Below are positions 9,490 to 18,942 of a DNA stretch of 64,000 nucleotides, in pieces (position 1 is the first letter of the stretch; every line of letters begins with the position of its first letter). The stretch comes from a virus. The notes under the pieces were generated by a model that had not been told where the DNA came from, did not search any database, and saw only the letters and a program-made list of their open reading frames with translations. Where the stretch lies: the IMG/VR virus record IMGVR_UViG_3300020122_000057, positions 6,827 to 70,826 of that record. One strand, 5' to 3'. The position numbers and the translations under genes were made by a program.

Positions 9490-9782
9490 TGTTTGGTTTT
9501 AAGTTAGTTACCGAGTCAGAATACGAGAAGTTAACTGAGGATGTATCGTATTGGCGAGATAAATCGGAAACCGAGCGTAAGCGTGCTGATAGGTTTCAGG
9601 AAAAAGTCTTACAGCTAAATGGCATGCCGCCAATTACGGAAGATGAAGGTTCAGTTGAAACCCACCCACGGGACATACGCAAGCGTCTAGAAGCCATGAT
9701 GGGCGAATTATTGAAGGATGAGATCGTAGACGAAGCGGAAGAAGAGTTCGAAGTACTCGAAGTAGCTCCGGCAAAGGAATAA
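9489..9782 (+). CDS. hypothetical coiled-coil protein
   Basis: TAATG coupled, between terminase and portal. Confidence 0.65.
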   Translation: MFGFKLVTESEYEKLTEDVSYWRDKSETERKRADRFQEKVLQLNGMPPITEDEGSVETHPRDIRKRLEAMMGELLKDEIVDEAEEEFEVLEVAPAKE

Positions 9783-9783
9783 A

Positions 9784-12096
9784 ATGCCAGATTATAATAC
9801 TGGAAATGCGACTCAGACCTTCCAAGGCACCGCAAATACCAGCGAAAACCTACCGCCTACGCCTAAAGAGGGCGTGGACCCGTATCAGGATAAAGCAGCA
9901 ATAAGCAAGCGGATTGATTTCTTCACGCAACGGGATCGTTTTACCCGCTGGATGTTCGAACGGGAATGGTTTCGTAACGTACTCTTCTACATCGGGAAAC
10001 AATGGATTATTTATTCCGTAACAAACCGTAGATGGCGGCCTCGTTCTCTGCCGAATTGGTTCCCACAACCAGTTACGAATAAATTCGCGGAGAAAATGAA
10101 TGACATTATATCAGCGCTTTCGCAAGGTAGAGTTCCTATTACCTATAATCCTGCTACTGATGACCCTGCTGATATTGCCACTGCCGAGGTAGGGGAGAAG
10201 TTGCGCGAAGTTCTCTACGAAGAAGCGAAAATTGATGACCATGAAATGTTGCTTGCTGCGTGGGTAGTATTGACTGGAAATGGTTTCGTTCATACCTATT
10301 ACGATTACGACGATTCTTACGGATCAAAGTTCATCCAATCGTGGCAATGTCCGCAGTGTGGAGCGGTTTCTCGCCCAGCGGATATTCTAGACACTAATGG
10401 AAAGTGTCCACAGTGCGGAAATGGCGATTTGATGCCAGCGCAGAACTCTGATGGAACGCCTGTGGGAGAAGATTTACCCGTTGGCCGTCTACATGCCGAT
10501 ATTCTCTCCCCATTCGAAGTTCGTATCGACCCCACAATCCCCGACATGGAGCATCAACGACGTGCAATTCGCATTCGAACATATGATTTAGAGTTCGCAC
10601 GTACCTATTGGGGCGGTAAGCCGGGTGTGGATGGGCAACCGATTAGCAAGGATGAGATTGTAGCCGATAAAGAGAGTTCTATTGGACAATTTTATCTTGA
10701 TGCCCTTAGCTATATTACAGGCTCATTCGGCGCTGGTGGAGGTTTCATTGCTGGTTCTGGCTCTGCGTTTCGTCTCCCCCGCGTTACGGCGTATGAATTC
10801 TACGAATTACCCTCAGATGATTTCCCCGAAGGACTCCACGCAGTCCGTCTTGGCCACGGAGAGAAAATGGTCGTACTCGCAGAGCCTCTCCCGGATAAAT
10901 ATGGAGCAGGACCCCTAAAAGGCCAGCCATATATTCCCATAGTTCACTTCGGCGGCGACGTAGTTCCGGGACGTTTCTGGAGAAAGACCCGCGCGGACGA
11001 TATCATCTCACCGCAGATTTTCCGCAACCTCGTAGAGAGTGCCCTTAAACTCACCGCACAGCGTATGGGAAACCCAATTTGGCTTAATCCAAAGGGAAGT
11101 GGATTGAGCAACGTAACCGGAGAGCCGGGTGGATTCTACGATTACAATCCAATTAGCGTCGGTGGTACCTCTTTTGCCAAACCCGAACGTGTTCCGGGAG
11201 AAGTATCCAACATCCAGCCCTTCCTGATCCTAATGAAGGAAATTGACGATGAAATTGACCGTGTTGTTGGTACTTTCTTTCTTACTGGTGGCACAACGCC
11301 TCCGGGAGTCACTGCGGCGTCAGCCTTAAGTTATCTTGGCGAGCGTGCCGAGCGCTCAATGTCCCCATTGAAACGCGAATGGGCCAAGGGATGGAAGAAT
11401 TGGGAAATTCAGGCGATGGAAATCGCCCGTGCTCATATGGATGAGCAGAGGGTGCGTATCATCGCAGGCAAAAACCGCCGCTGGGAAGTCCAGAAGTTTA
11501 TGGCGAATGATTTGATGGGTGGGGTTAACCTATCCATTGACTATAACGGCCTATTCCGCAAATCCGCAGCTACGAAACGCGCTGATATTGAACTATTGAC
11601 GCAGCTTGGGTACATAAATCCGATGGAACCCGAGGTTCAATGGCAGGTTCTTACCGTATTTGGGGAAACCGCGCTCAAAGGTTCTACCGATTTGGACGTT
11701 AAGGAAGCGGTTAAGGAAGCGGATGATTTTATCACGAAGGGTGTACCTCCGCAGATCGTTCCTCTTGTTCAAAACAGCGCCGTTCACATCATGCAGCACA
11801 AAGATTTCGCCAAAACTGACGAATTTAAAGAAATGCCGCAAGCCATGCAGCAATTCTGGTTCAAACACATCGAACTTCACTACATCGACATGCTTTCCAT
11901 GCAAGCTGCCATGACTCCTCCGGGTCAAGGTCCGGGAGAAGGCGCTCCTCCTCCGGGTGCTGGAGGTACACCGCCAAAAGGTGGTAAAGCTGGCCAGCAA
12001 AAAGGTGAACCCGGTCCAATAGCCAAGGGTGAAGCTCGCGCTAACGGAGAAACTCGCTCCAATTTACAGGAAGCGCCGCAGATAAAGGGGCAATAA
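9784..12096 (+). CDS. portal protein
   Basis: 770 aa after the terminase; FYIGKQW, LSPFEV.IDP, PPGVTAASAL; zinc-ribbon insertion. Confidence 0.85.
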   Translation: MPDYNTGNATQTFQGTANTSENLPPTPKEGVDPYQDKAAISKRIDFFTQRDRFTRWMFEREWFRNVLFYIGKQWIIYSVTNRRWRPRSLPNWFPQPVTNKFAEKMNDIISALSQGRVPITYNPATDDPADIATAEVGEKLREVLYEEAKIDDHEMLLAAWVVLTGNGFVHTYYDYDDSYGSKFIQSWQCPQCGAVSRPADILDTNGKCPQCGNGDLMPAQNSDGTPVGEDLPVGRLHADILSPFEVRIDPTIPDMEHQRRAIRIRTYDLEFARTYWGGKPGVDGQPISKDEIVADKESSIGQFYLDALSYITGSFGAGGGFIAGSGSAFRLPRVTAYEFYELPSDDFPEGLHAVRLGHGEKMVVLAEPLPDKYGAGPLKGQPYIPIVHFGGDVVPGRFWRKTRADDIISPQIFRNLVESALKLTAQRMGNPIWLNPKGSGLSNVTGEPGGFYDYNPISVGGTSFAKPERVPGEVSNIQPFLILMKEIDDEIDRVVGTFFLTGGTTPPGVTAASALSYLGERAERSMSPLKREWAKGWKNWEIQAMEIARAHMDEQRVRIIAGKNRRWEVQKFMANDLMGGVNLSIDYNGLFRKSAATKRADIELLTQLGYINPMEPEVQWQVLTVFGETALKGSTDLDVKEAVKEADDFITKGVPPQIVPLVQNSAVHIMQHKDFAKTDEFKEMPQAMQQFWFKHIELHYIDMLSMQAAMTPPGQGPGEGAPPPGAGGTPPKGGKAGQQKGEPGPIAKGEARANGETRSNLQEAPQIKGQ

Positions 12097-12417
12097 ATGG
12101 GACCAGTAGAATATTCATCGGATCACGTACCCGCAATGAAAGTTCCAAAAGGTGGGTCTAGCTGTGCTAGCTGCGAATACCTGAAAGACCCAAAAAAGAA
12201 AATTTGCGGTAACGAATATTTCATTCGCTGGAACCAATCTGAGATAATTCCGGGAGAAATTGACGCTTATTGCAGCGATTGGTATAACCCGGCGGATAAA
12301 GATCGCACTCGTTCCCCACATGGATTTCTTCCACTATCATCTCTTCGCAAGGGAGCGAAGTCCGAGGGCGAGTCTACCGTGCAAGAACGCAAAGAGTACC
12401 AATCGGGTAAAGAGTGA
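12097..12417 (+). CDS. Cys-rich protein (CxxC..C..CxxW)
   Basis: CASCEY..ICGN..YCSDW. Confidence 0.6.
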   Translation: MGPVEYSSDHVPAMKVPKGGSSCASCEYLKDPKKKICGNEYFIRWNQSEIIPGEIDAYCSDWYNPADKDRTRSPHGFLPLSSLRKGAKSEGESTVQERKEYQSGKE

Positions 12418-12466
12418 GTTGCGCTACTTTTTAGTTATGTGGTAGTTTCGTGGAGTAGAGAATCTT

Positions 12467-12610
12467 ATGGCGTACGTCGGTTTTTCGAAACTAGCAGCAA
12501 AAACGTCTCCCGCTATCGCCGCCTCGATAGGTCGTCGAAAGTATGGCGCAAAGAAATTTAATCGTGCCGCAGCACAAGGTAAATCAATGCGTGGCATGAA
12601 GCCAGCATGA
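12467..12610 (+). CDS. small basic protein (47 aa)
   Basis: Manual translation MAYVGFSKLAAK...IAASIGRRKYGAKKF. Confidence 0.6.
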   Translation: MAYVGFSKLAAKTSPAIAASIGRRKYGAKKFNRAAAQGKSMRGMKPA

Positions 12611-12717
12611 AGATAAAGTTGAAAATAAAATCCGAGAAGCCAATGGCGGTATATGTCGCCCCACTCGGAAAAGCTGGAATGAAAAAGCTCCAAGTATCCC
12701 GCGACGGTAGCAAGTAA
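12607..12717 (+). CDS. small basic protein (36 aa)
   Basis: ATGA overlap with the previous gene. Confidence 0.45.
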   Translation: MKIKLKIKSEKPMAVYVAPLGKAGMKKLQVSRDGSK

Positions 12718-12755
12718 TTGAGCGCGGGGGTCAACTATTCAGGAGAAAGTAAATT

Positions 12756-13238
12756 ATGATTCGTCTAAAAAATCTAGGTGAGCCTGATTTATTCATGCTC
12801 TCCATTCCGGGTTCGGCACAGGTAGCAAACGATGGTACCAGCATCGGTTCGGATAACGTTATCGTTCCTTTTAGCGGCTATCTGAAGGAATACTGGGCAA
12901 GTTTTACGGTTAACGGTGTTGACGGTACTGGCGCTCCTACACAAAACGTAGTCGTGGATATCTTGCAAAACAACGTATCTATCTTCACCGCAACAAACGC
13001 CAATAAAATTAACTGGCTTCACACAGCTTTGGCTCGTACCCCAACCACATACGGCGTACTAACCACCGATCCAGTGCCCATAGTAGCTGGCGATCAAATC
13101 TCAGTCCGTATTTTGCAGATTCTAAACGGTACAACTCCAACTCAGCCAGTTGGCTTAAACGTAGCCATGAATTTCACGCGCCGCGTATCGCCTCTTGCAG
13201 CAACCCGTACTGGCGACTTCGGCCTAGACCTAGATTAA
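12756..13238 (+). CDS. putative virion or decoration protein
   Basis: beta-rich, AGGAG RBS, in the head module. Confidence 0.6.
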   Translation: MIRLKNLGEPDLFMLSIPGSAQVANDGTSIGSDNVIVPFSGYLKEYWASFTVNGVDGTGAPTQNVVVDILQNNVSIFTATNANKINWLHTALARTPTTYGVLTTDPVPIVAGDQISVRILQILNGTTPTQPVGLNVAMNFTRRVSPLAATRTGDFGLDLD

Positions 13239-13247
13239 TGGAGTAAA

Positions 13248-13583
13248 TTGATGGATACCCAAGGAATGCAGTCTAAGCTCCACCCAATGCCAGTAAAGCG
13301 GCAGGGAACAGCAATTGGTGTACCAAAAGGCAATATGCCCACTGGTGGACGGAAGAAAGATTCCGGCTACGCTATCCCTAACGCCCACAAGGAAAACGTC
13401 CAGCAAACGGGTAGCCCCTTTCCAAGCGGAAACGCAATGCCATCCAATACTCCGCAAGTTAATCAACAACCCCGTATTCCCTTCGACCAGCTAGCAGCGC
13501 AGAAGTCAGGAAGCGGACAGAGTTTCCCTTATGGGTCTGGAAAAGCCGGATTCGGCTTCGACAGGCTCAATTCGGGATCGTAA
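13248..13583 (+). CDS. disordered Gly/Pro/Gln-rich protein
   Basis: GGAG RBS; low complexity. Confidence 0.6.
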   Translation: MMDTQGMQSKLHPMPVKRQGTAIGVPKGNMPTGGRKKDSGYAIPNAHKENVQQTGSPFPSGNAMPSNTPQVNQQPRIPFDQLAAQKSGSGQSFPYGSGKAGFGFDRLNSGS

Positions 13584-13621
13584 CTAAATCGCAGTAGCCG
13601 TGCCACTCACGGGAGAATAAA

Positions 13622-14617
13622 ATGCCAGAAGACGTAAACCTTGCCACTCAGGGTGAAGAAGTAGTAGAGCAGCAACTTGATTCCACTAATCAAGGTGACG
13701 CGGGACAGCAGCAAAACAATCAGCAACAGGAAGATTATTTTCTTGAAGCCGATGATCGTCATAAGTACCGGACGAGAGAAGACGCAATTCGAGCCATTAC
13801 GGAAAGCGGCCAGCGTATCGGTCAACTTACCCCGTGGCAAGAACATGCACAACGGTACGGGCTAACTGATCCAAACGCCCTTCCAGCAATCTTCGATCAG
13901 TATTTGGAGATGAAGGAAAAATTGGCTCGGCTTGAAGGACAACTTCAATCCAACCAAGCAGGACCACAGCAGACTGCAACTACGCAGAAGCTATCCCAGC
14001 AGGACGAAGCCAATGTGCAGTATCTTGAAAAGCACGGTTTCTCCCGTAAAGATGCGATTGACCAAACGCTAAAAGATCGTCTGACGCCACTCGAACAGAA
14101 GATTCAACAGCTTGAGTCTCAATTAACGCAAAGTGAGCAGTCGCAAACGCAACAAGTCATTGATGCAGGCCGGAATCATCTTGGCGGTTTAATGAGTGAC
14201 GCTGGTTTGCCGATTGATAATCCGCAGTTCAACGAAATGGTTGAGAACAACATCGTAGCTTGGATGGAAGCTCAGTCATTGGACCGGAACGGTAATATCG
14301 TTCCCGGTTCGGTTCTGGATAAGTTCTACCAAGGTGGCAGAGCAATGCAGAGCGTCGTTGAAGAGGGTTTCAAAAAGGTAAACGAAGTCATTAACATTGT
14401 CCGTATCCAGAATGAAGGCCAAACTCAACGAAATCGGTCCCAAGCAGTAACGCGGACAGCCAAGCCATTACCCCGGCAAGGTGCCCCCGTTCCTTCGGAG
14501 AATAACCAGCAGCAGCCTCAGCGTGGTCGTACTCCGGGAGCAGGTGGAATCTTCGCAGACCCAGCCGTGCATGATCGTGCATGGGAAAAGATGCAGGAAT
14601 CAAACCGGGATAGGTAA
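13622..14617 (+). CDS. putative capsid scaffolding protein
   Basis: acidic, Gln-rich coiled coil immediately upstream of the major capsid gene. Confidence 0.7.
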   Translation: MPEDVNLATQGEEVVEQQLDSTNQGDAGQQQNNQQQEDYFLEADDRHKYRTREDAIRAITESGQRIGQLTPWQEHAQRYGLTDPNALPAIFDQYLEMKEKLARLEGQLQSNQAGPQQTATTQKLSQQDEANVQYLEKHGFSRKDAIDQTLKDRLTPLEQKIQQLESQLTQSEQSQTQQVIDAGRNHLGGLMSDAGLPIDNPQFNEMVENNIVAWMEAQSLDRNGNIVPGSVLDKFYQGGRAMQSVVEEGFKKVNEVINIVRIQNEGQTQRNRSQAVTRTAKPLPRQGAPVPSENNQQQPQRGRTPGAGGIFADPAVHDRAWEKMQESNRDR

Positions 14618-14664
14618 AGTTTACACGTACTGCTAAATCACTTTAGTTTTCAGGAGAAAAATCA

Positions 14665-15966
14665 ATGCCCGGACAGGATACTACAACTGCCGGATTTGAT
14701 GCTGCCCTAAAAGACGTATATCTTCCCGGTATTCGTGAACAACTTAACCGGAAAGTTCGTCTTCTTAACGACTTCACCAAAGCTGATATAGAACAGCTTG
14801 AATGGGAAGGCCGTCAGGCAATCGTTGCACTACACAAGGCGCGTAACGTCGGTGTTGTAGCAACGTCTGAAGGTGGCGTCATCCCCGGAGCAGGTAAACA
14901 GCAGTACGTGGATTTGAAAATCCCAATGCGGTTCATTACAGGCCGTATTCAGTTGACCGCGCAAGTCATCAAGGCTTCGCGTTCTAACAAAGGTTCGTTT
15001 GCGCGTGCAATGGACGCCGAACAAAGCGGACTAGTCGAAGATTTGGCACGCCAGCGTAACCGCATTCTTGCAGGTGCAGGCCGCGCTATTTTGGCCCTTG
15101 CAAACGGCGGCCAAACTTCGGCAACTATCAACGTTAAAAACGCTGGTGGTGTTTCTAACGCAAACAACCCAACCCGTTACATCCCATCTTCCCTAGTCGG
15201 TGTACCGCTCGCGGTATATATCGGCTCAGCCGTGGGTGCAACCCTTCGTTTCGTGGATACCGTATCTTCGGTTACGGCAACCGCAATTACCTTCGCTGGC
15301 TCCCACACAGTTGTTGACGGTGACGCAATCACTCTCGCAACTGGTATCACGGGTTCTGACGTTGGTTCCCTAGACCTTGAACCAGTTGGATTGCTGGGTA
15401 TCGTGGATCAAACTACATATCTAACTATCATCCACGCAATTGACCGCTCACAGGCCGCAAATTCCTTCTTCCTATCGAACTTGCTTTCGAACGTCGGTAC
15501 AATCACGCCGGACTTGCTCCAGCGCGGTATCGACAACACGGAAGAAGTATCGGGTGAAATTGTAGATACCTTCTACTGCCACCACTCGGTACGTCGTGAA
15601 ATGTTGAAGCTTCACGAAGGAGATCGTCGTTACCAGACCGACTCACAGCTAAAGCGTCCAGACGTTGCAACCGACGCCGCTGTGTTCAAGACGGACCTAA
15701 CGCACGCTGGTCTTCCAATCAAGGTCGATAAGGACCTTCCTTACGGTACTCTATTCGCCGTTTCAAAGCCTCACCTCTTCTGGATTCCAGAAGTCGAGGG
15801 TGAATGGGCCGACGAAGATGGCCGTATCTTACTGCGTGTTTCTAACCTAGATTCGTATGAAGGACGTTTCCGTGTATTCGAAAACTTCTTCAGCGACAAG
15901 GGCAATGCACACGTTCGCTTTGACGGAGTCACAGCTACGGTAACAAGCGGGGTCACAGCCCTTTAA
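14665..15966 (+). CDS. major capsid protein
   Basis: 433 aa, strong RBS; LKDVYLPGIREQLN, P.GLLGIVD..TI..IDR, PIKVDKDLP. Confidence 0.85.
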   Translation: MPGQDTTTAGFDAALKDVYLPGIREQLNRKVRLLNDFTKADIEQLEWEGRQAIVALHKARNVGVVATSEGGVIPGAGKQQYVDLKIPMRFITGRIQLTAQVIKASRSNKGSFARAMDAEQSGLVEDLARQRNRILAGAGRAILALANGGQTSATINVKNAGGVSNANNPTRYIPSSLVGVPLAVYIGSAVGATLRFVDTVSSVTATAITFAGSHTVVDGDAITLATGITGSDVGSLDLEPVGLLGIVDQTTYLTIIHAIDRSQAANSFFLSNLLSNVGTITPDLLQRGIDNTEEVSGEIVDTFYCHHSVRREMLKLHEGDRRYQTDSQLKRPDVATDAAVFKTDLTHAGLPIKVDKDLPYGTLFAVSKPHLFWIPEVEGEWADEDGRILLRVSNLDSYEGRFRVFENFFSDKGNAHVRFDGVTATVTSGVTAL

Positions 15967-16013
15967 TTTGTGTGTTATCATACTACTGGAGGATGGTATA
16001 ACACTATCCTCCA

Positions 16014-16529
16014 GTGGAGATAACAGTGAAGCCGAAAACCTTTTGTGAGAAGCATCAGCAAGAAAAAGTTTGGAAATTTTTCGAGAAGATGGGACGCGGT
16101 TGGTGGCATTGCGATGCTTGCGCTGCTAATCGTACCCAAAACTACCGTATACGTAACAAGATTAAAGGCGCTTGTTCCGAATGTCCAAATGCAGTTGAAG
16201 TAGGAAAAACTAAATGCCCGTTTCACATGGAACTTAGTAGAAAAAGAAATGTGGCTGAGAATTTAGAATTAAAATTATCTGCTTTTACTGAGTATGGCGG
16301 TATTAAGTGTTCTTGTAGTTGCGGTTGCTCGATAGACAGACATGAATTACTAACTATTGAGCACGTTGGGGGCAGGAAAGGAACTCCAACAGAAAAGATG
16401 TTTGGAGTAACTCTTTACCGTTGGCTTAAAACAAATAGTTACCCGGATAAGGATAAACTCAAAGTTTTTTGTATGAATTGTAATTTTGCTTGGGGACATT
16501 TCGGGTATTGTCCTGAAATGAAGAACTAA
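16014..16529 (+). CDS. HNH-type homing endonuclease-like protein
   Basis: YGG.KCSC.CG..LTIEHV.G..LYRWL...YP...VFCMNCN; AT-rich insertion. Confidence 0.75.
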   Translation: MEITVKPKTFCEKHQQEKVWKFFEKMGRGWWHCDACAANRTQNYRIRNKIKGACSECPNAVEVGKTKCPFHMELSRKRNVAENLELKLSAFTEYGGIKCSCSCGCSIDRHELLTIEHVGGRKGTPTEKMFGVTLYRWLKTNSYPDKDKLKVFCMNCNFAWGHFGYCPEMKN

Positions 16530-16563
16530 GCAATCCGCATGGCACTCATGCTTGGAGAAGAAA

Positions 16564-17028
16564 ATGGAACTGGAACTAGAACAGGTACGGGTAACACTTA
16601 CCAAGAATCCTGAGTTATTGACGGCATTAAAGGCACGTAAACAGTTTAAGAAGGATGATAAGGGGAAGGACTTCTACCCGGTTATCTTCAATTCCGCAGA
16701 AATTCGCTTCTATCCAAATCAGGCAATCGTATTGGGCAAGACCGTAGCGGAGTGTTTGGTCCGTTCAAGTTATATCATCGTGGGCGATAGCGACCTTACT
16801 GGAGATATGGTTCCGGTTATCGAGGCTCTCGATGGATACAATCTAAACAAATTTATCGAGGAACGTCCAAAGTGTGAATACTGCGATAAGGATTTCCAGA
16901 CTTCGAAGGCGTTAACGCATCATATGCTAATAACGCACAAGGCGCAAATTGAAAAGGACCTTATCGAAGAGGAAACCACGGCTGGAGTGAAAGTCGTAGC
17001 TGTTCCTCCTACTGTAGCTTCAGCATAA
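16564..17028 (+). CDS. protein with a C2H2 zinc finger
   Basis: CEYCDKDFQTSKALTHHMLITH. Confidence 0.7.
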   Translation: MELELEQVRVTLTKNPELLTALKARKQFKKDDKGKDFYPVIFNSAEIRFYPNQAIVLGKTVAECLVRSSYIIVGDSDLTGDMVPVIEALDGYNLNKFIEERPKCEYCDKDFQTSKALTHHMLITHKAQIEKDLIEEETTAGVKVVAVPPTVASA

Positions 17029-17039
17029 CGGAGACTATC

Positions 17040-17567
17040 TTGCAGGCACCGGAGAGTTTTGAACGAGCACTTCAGCTATTCGATCCGTTGCTTTCGGTTA
17101 GAGCCGGAAAATCATTAACTGGTAAGTGGGTCATAGAACGGAAAGGTTATATCCCGAATTCGGAGATTGAATTTCTTCGTCGCCGCCGGGAAAGAGCTTT
17201 CCGTTCTTCCGCTAAAGAGACAGATGCATTCAAGCGTGAGCGCAAGCTAGACTTGGCTAGACAAATAGCCGAGGAAACAGACTGCGCCGAGCGGGGAAAG
17301 CGGGTGATCCTATTCGTGGACTCACTGGACCGGAGAGTATTCGATATGCTTGCAATGTCGGATATTCAAAGATATGGCGGTTTTAGCCGTTATATCGAAG
17401 AACTTGAAGCTACGGAGCGCAAGCGGGAAGAAGCCCTAAATCGTGAACTTCAGAATCAGAATATCGCCAAATCGGAAGAAACTTACGACCAGCTAAATTT
17501 TCTCTGGAAGCATCGTGAAACAGAATTACTGGCTGGCAAGCGTAATTTGAAAGAGTTACTGAAATAA
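17040..17567 (+). CDS. hypothetical protein
   Basis: GGAG RBS with TTG start, 175 aa. Confidence 0.65.
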   Translation: MQAPESFERALQLFDPLLSVRAGKSLTGKWVIERKGYIPNSEIEFLRRRRERAFRSSAKETDAFKRERKLDLARQIAEETDCAERGKRVILFVDSLDRRVFDMLAMSDIQRYGGFSRYIEELEATERKREEALNRELQNQNIAKSEETYDQLNFLWKHRETELLAGKRNLKELLK

Positions 17568-18308
17568 ATGCCATCCGCAATTCCAAATATGACTGGTCAA
17601 GCGTTAATTGACTTGACCAATGGGTTCCTAGCTGGGTATCAGAATGCGGTTGATAGCGGTATGTTGCTGAAGCTATTGAACGAGGGGAAGAACGAAGTAT
17701 GGATGATTTTGAAAACACTTCGTCAGGATTGGTTTATCCAGAGTACGCAGAACACAGATGCTACTGTAAATAACTTCTTCGGTCCCCTTTCCACTACCGT
17801 ACGTGAATATCCTCTCCCGGCAGATTTCCATGAAATGAAGTTTATTGAAGTATTGGACGTTGGGTTCGAGGACTGTGCATTCATTGCTCGTGATATGGCT
17901 TCGGCGCAGTTCAAGGAGTTACGCCGTAGCAGCACTAACCAACCAGCAGGAACACAGGCTAATCTTGAATATCATTACGACATAGTCGGCAAGGGCACAT
18001 TCATACTAGCTGAATATCCCGAAATTAATTTCCAGAATGTACGTCTATGGTACGTTCGTATGGTCCCGGATTTCGGGCCAAACGATAAAATAGACGAAGT
18101 TGTGTATCCATATAGCACCAAGATTGCGATGTATGCTGCGAAGTTAGCAATGCTTCCTCTTCAGGATCAACCAATGTATGAATCTTGGACGAAGGAATGG
18201 AAAGAAGCCGTTATGCGAATCGCGACTTCTGCTTCTCCTCGTCAAATTGCGGATACTGTGTATGTTGATGCGTGGGATGGGACACCAGAAGACGCGGTAG
18301 GTGGATAA
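17568..18308 (+). CDS. head-tail adaptor-like protein
   Basis: position plus LLNEG..EV and EYPLPADF motifs typical of adaptor proteins. Confidence 0.7.
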   Translation: MPSAIPNMTGQALIDLTNGFLAGYQNAVDSGMLLKLLNEGKNEVWMILKTLRQDWFIQSTQNTDATVNNFFGPLSTTVREYPLPADFHEMKFIEVLDVGFEDCAFIARDMASAQFKELRRSSTNQPAGTQANLEYHYDIVGKGTFILAEYPEINFQNVRLWYVRMVPDFGPNDKIDEVVYPYSTKIAMYAAKLAMLPLQDQPMYESWTKEWKEAVMRIATSASPRQIADTVYVDAWDGTPEDAVGG

Positions 18309-18937
18309 TGGCTGGAAGATTATTCCTAGTTCGTCATGGCAAGACCAAACTCAACGGTAAAGGTAGCGCCGAGAAGATTCGTGGACGTTCGAAAGCTCCT
18401 TTGGATGAGGAAGGGAAATTAGACGCAGAAAAGGCTGGAGAATTTTTGAAGAGTTATAAAATAGATAAAATTATCGCCTCCGATATGCCGAGAACGCAGG
18501 AGACGGCGAAAATTATAGGCCGAAAAGTTGGCGTATCGTACTCCGTAGACCCCGGATTGGGGCCTTGGGATTTGGGAGTACTCACCGGGAAAGCAGTAGA
18601 TAAAGTCTGGCCTATGGTGCAGAAATTAGAAAAGAAACCGGATATGAATGTACCGGACGGTGAGACTTACAATACTTGGTGGAAACGGTACACGAAGACG
18701 CTATGGAAGTACATCGCGCAGGCGAAGAAATCCGATGAGAATGTTTTATTGATAACTCACGCTAGAAATTTAGCCGCAATTGATCCTGTTCTTGAAAAGG
18801 AAGATTCACAACCCTCCAGTCTCGAATGGGCACATGCACCTGAGCCGGGAAGTGTAATGGAAGTTTGCATCGGGGAGAAGGATTGTAAGGCGAAATTACT
18901 TGATGGAAAGTTTCAGGGAAAGACGTTACGGAGCTAA
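18308..18937 (+). CDS. histidine phosphatase (phosphoglycerate mutase family)
   Basis: LFLVRHGKT, ASDMPRTQETA, PDGET, LLITHA. Confidence 0.9.
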   Translation: MAGRLFLVRHGKTKLNGKGSAEKIRGRSKAPLDEEGKLDAEKAGEFLKSYKIDKIIASDMPRTQETAKIIGRKVGVSYSVDPGLGPWDLGVLTGKAVDKVWPMVQKLEKKPDMNVPDGETYNTWWKRYTKTLWKYIAQAKKSDENVLLITHARNLAAIDPVLEKEDSQPSSLEWAHAPEPGSVMEVCIGEKDCKAKLLDGKFQGKTLRS

Positions 18938-18942
18938 TTTGA

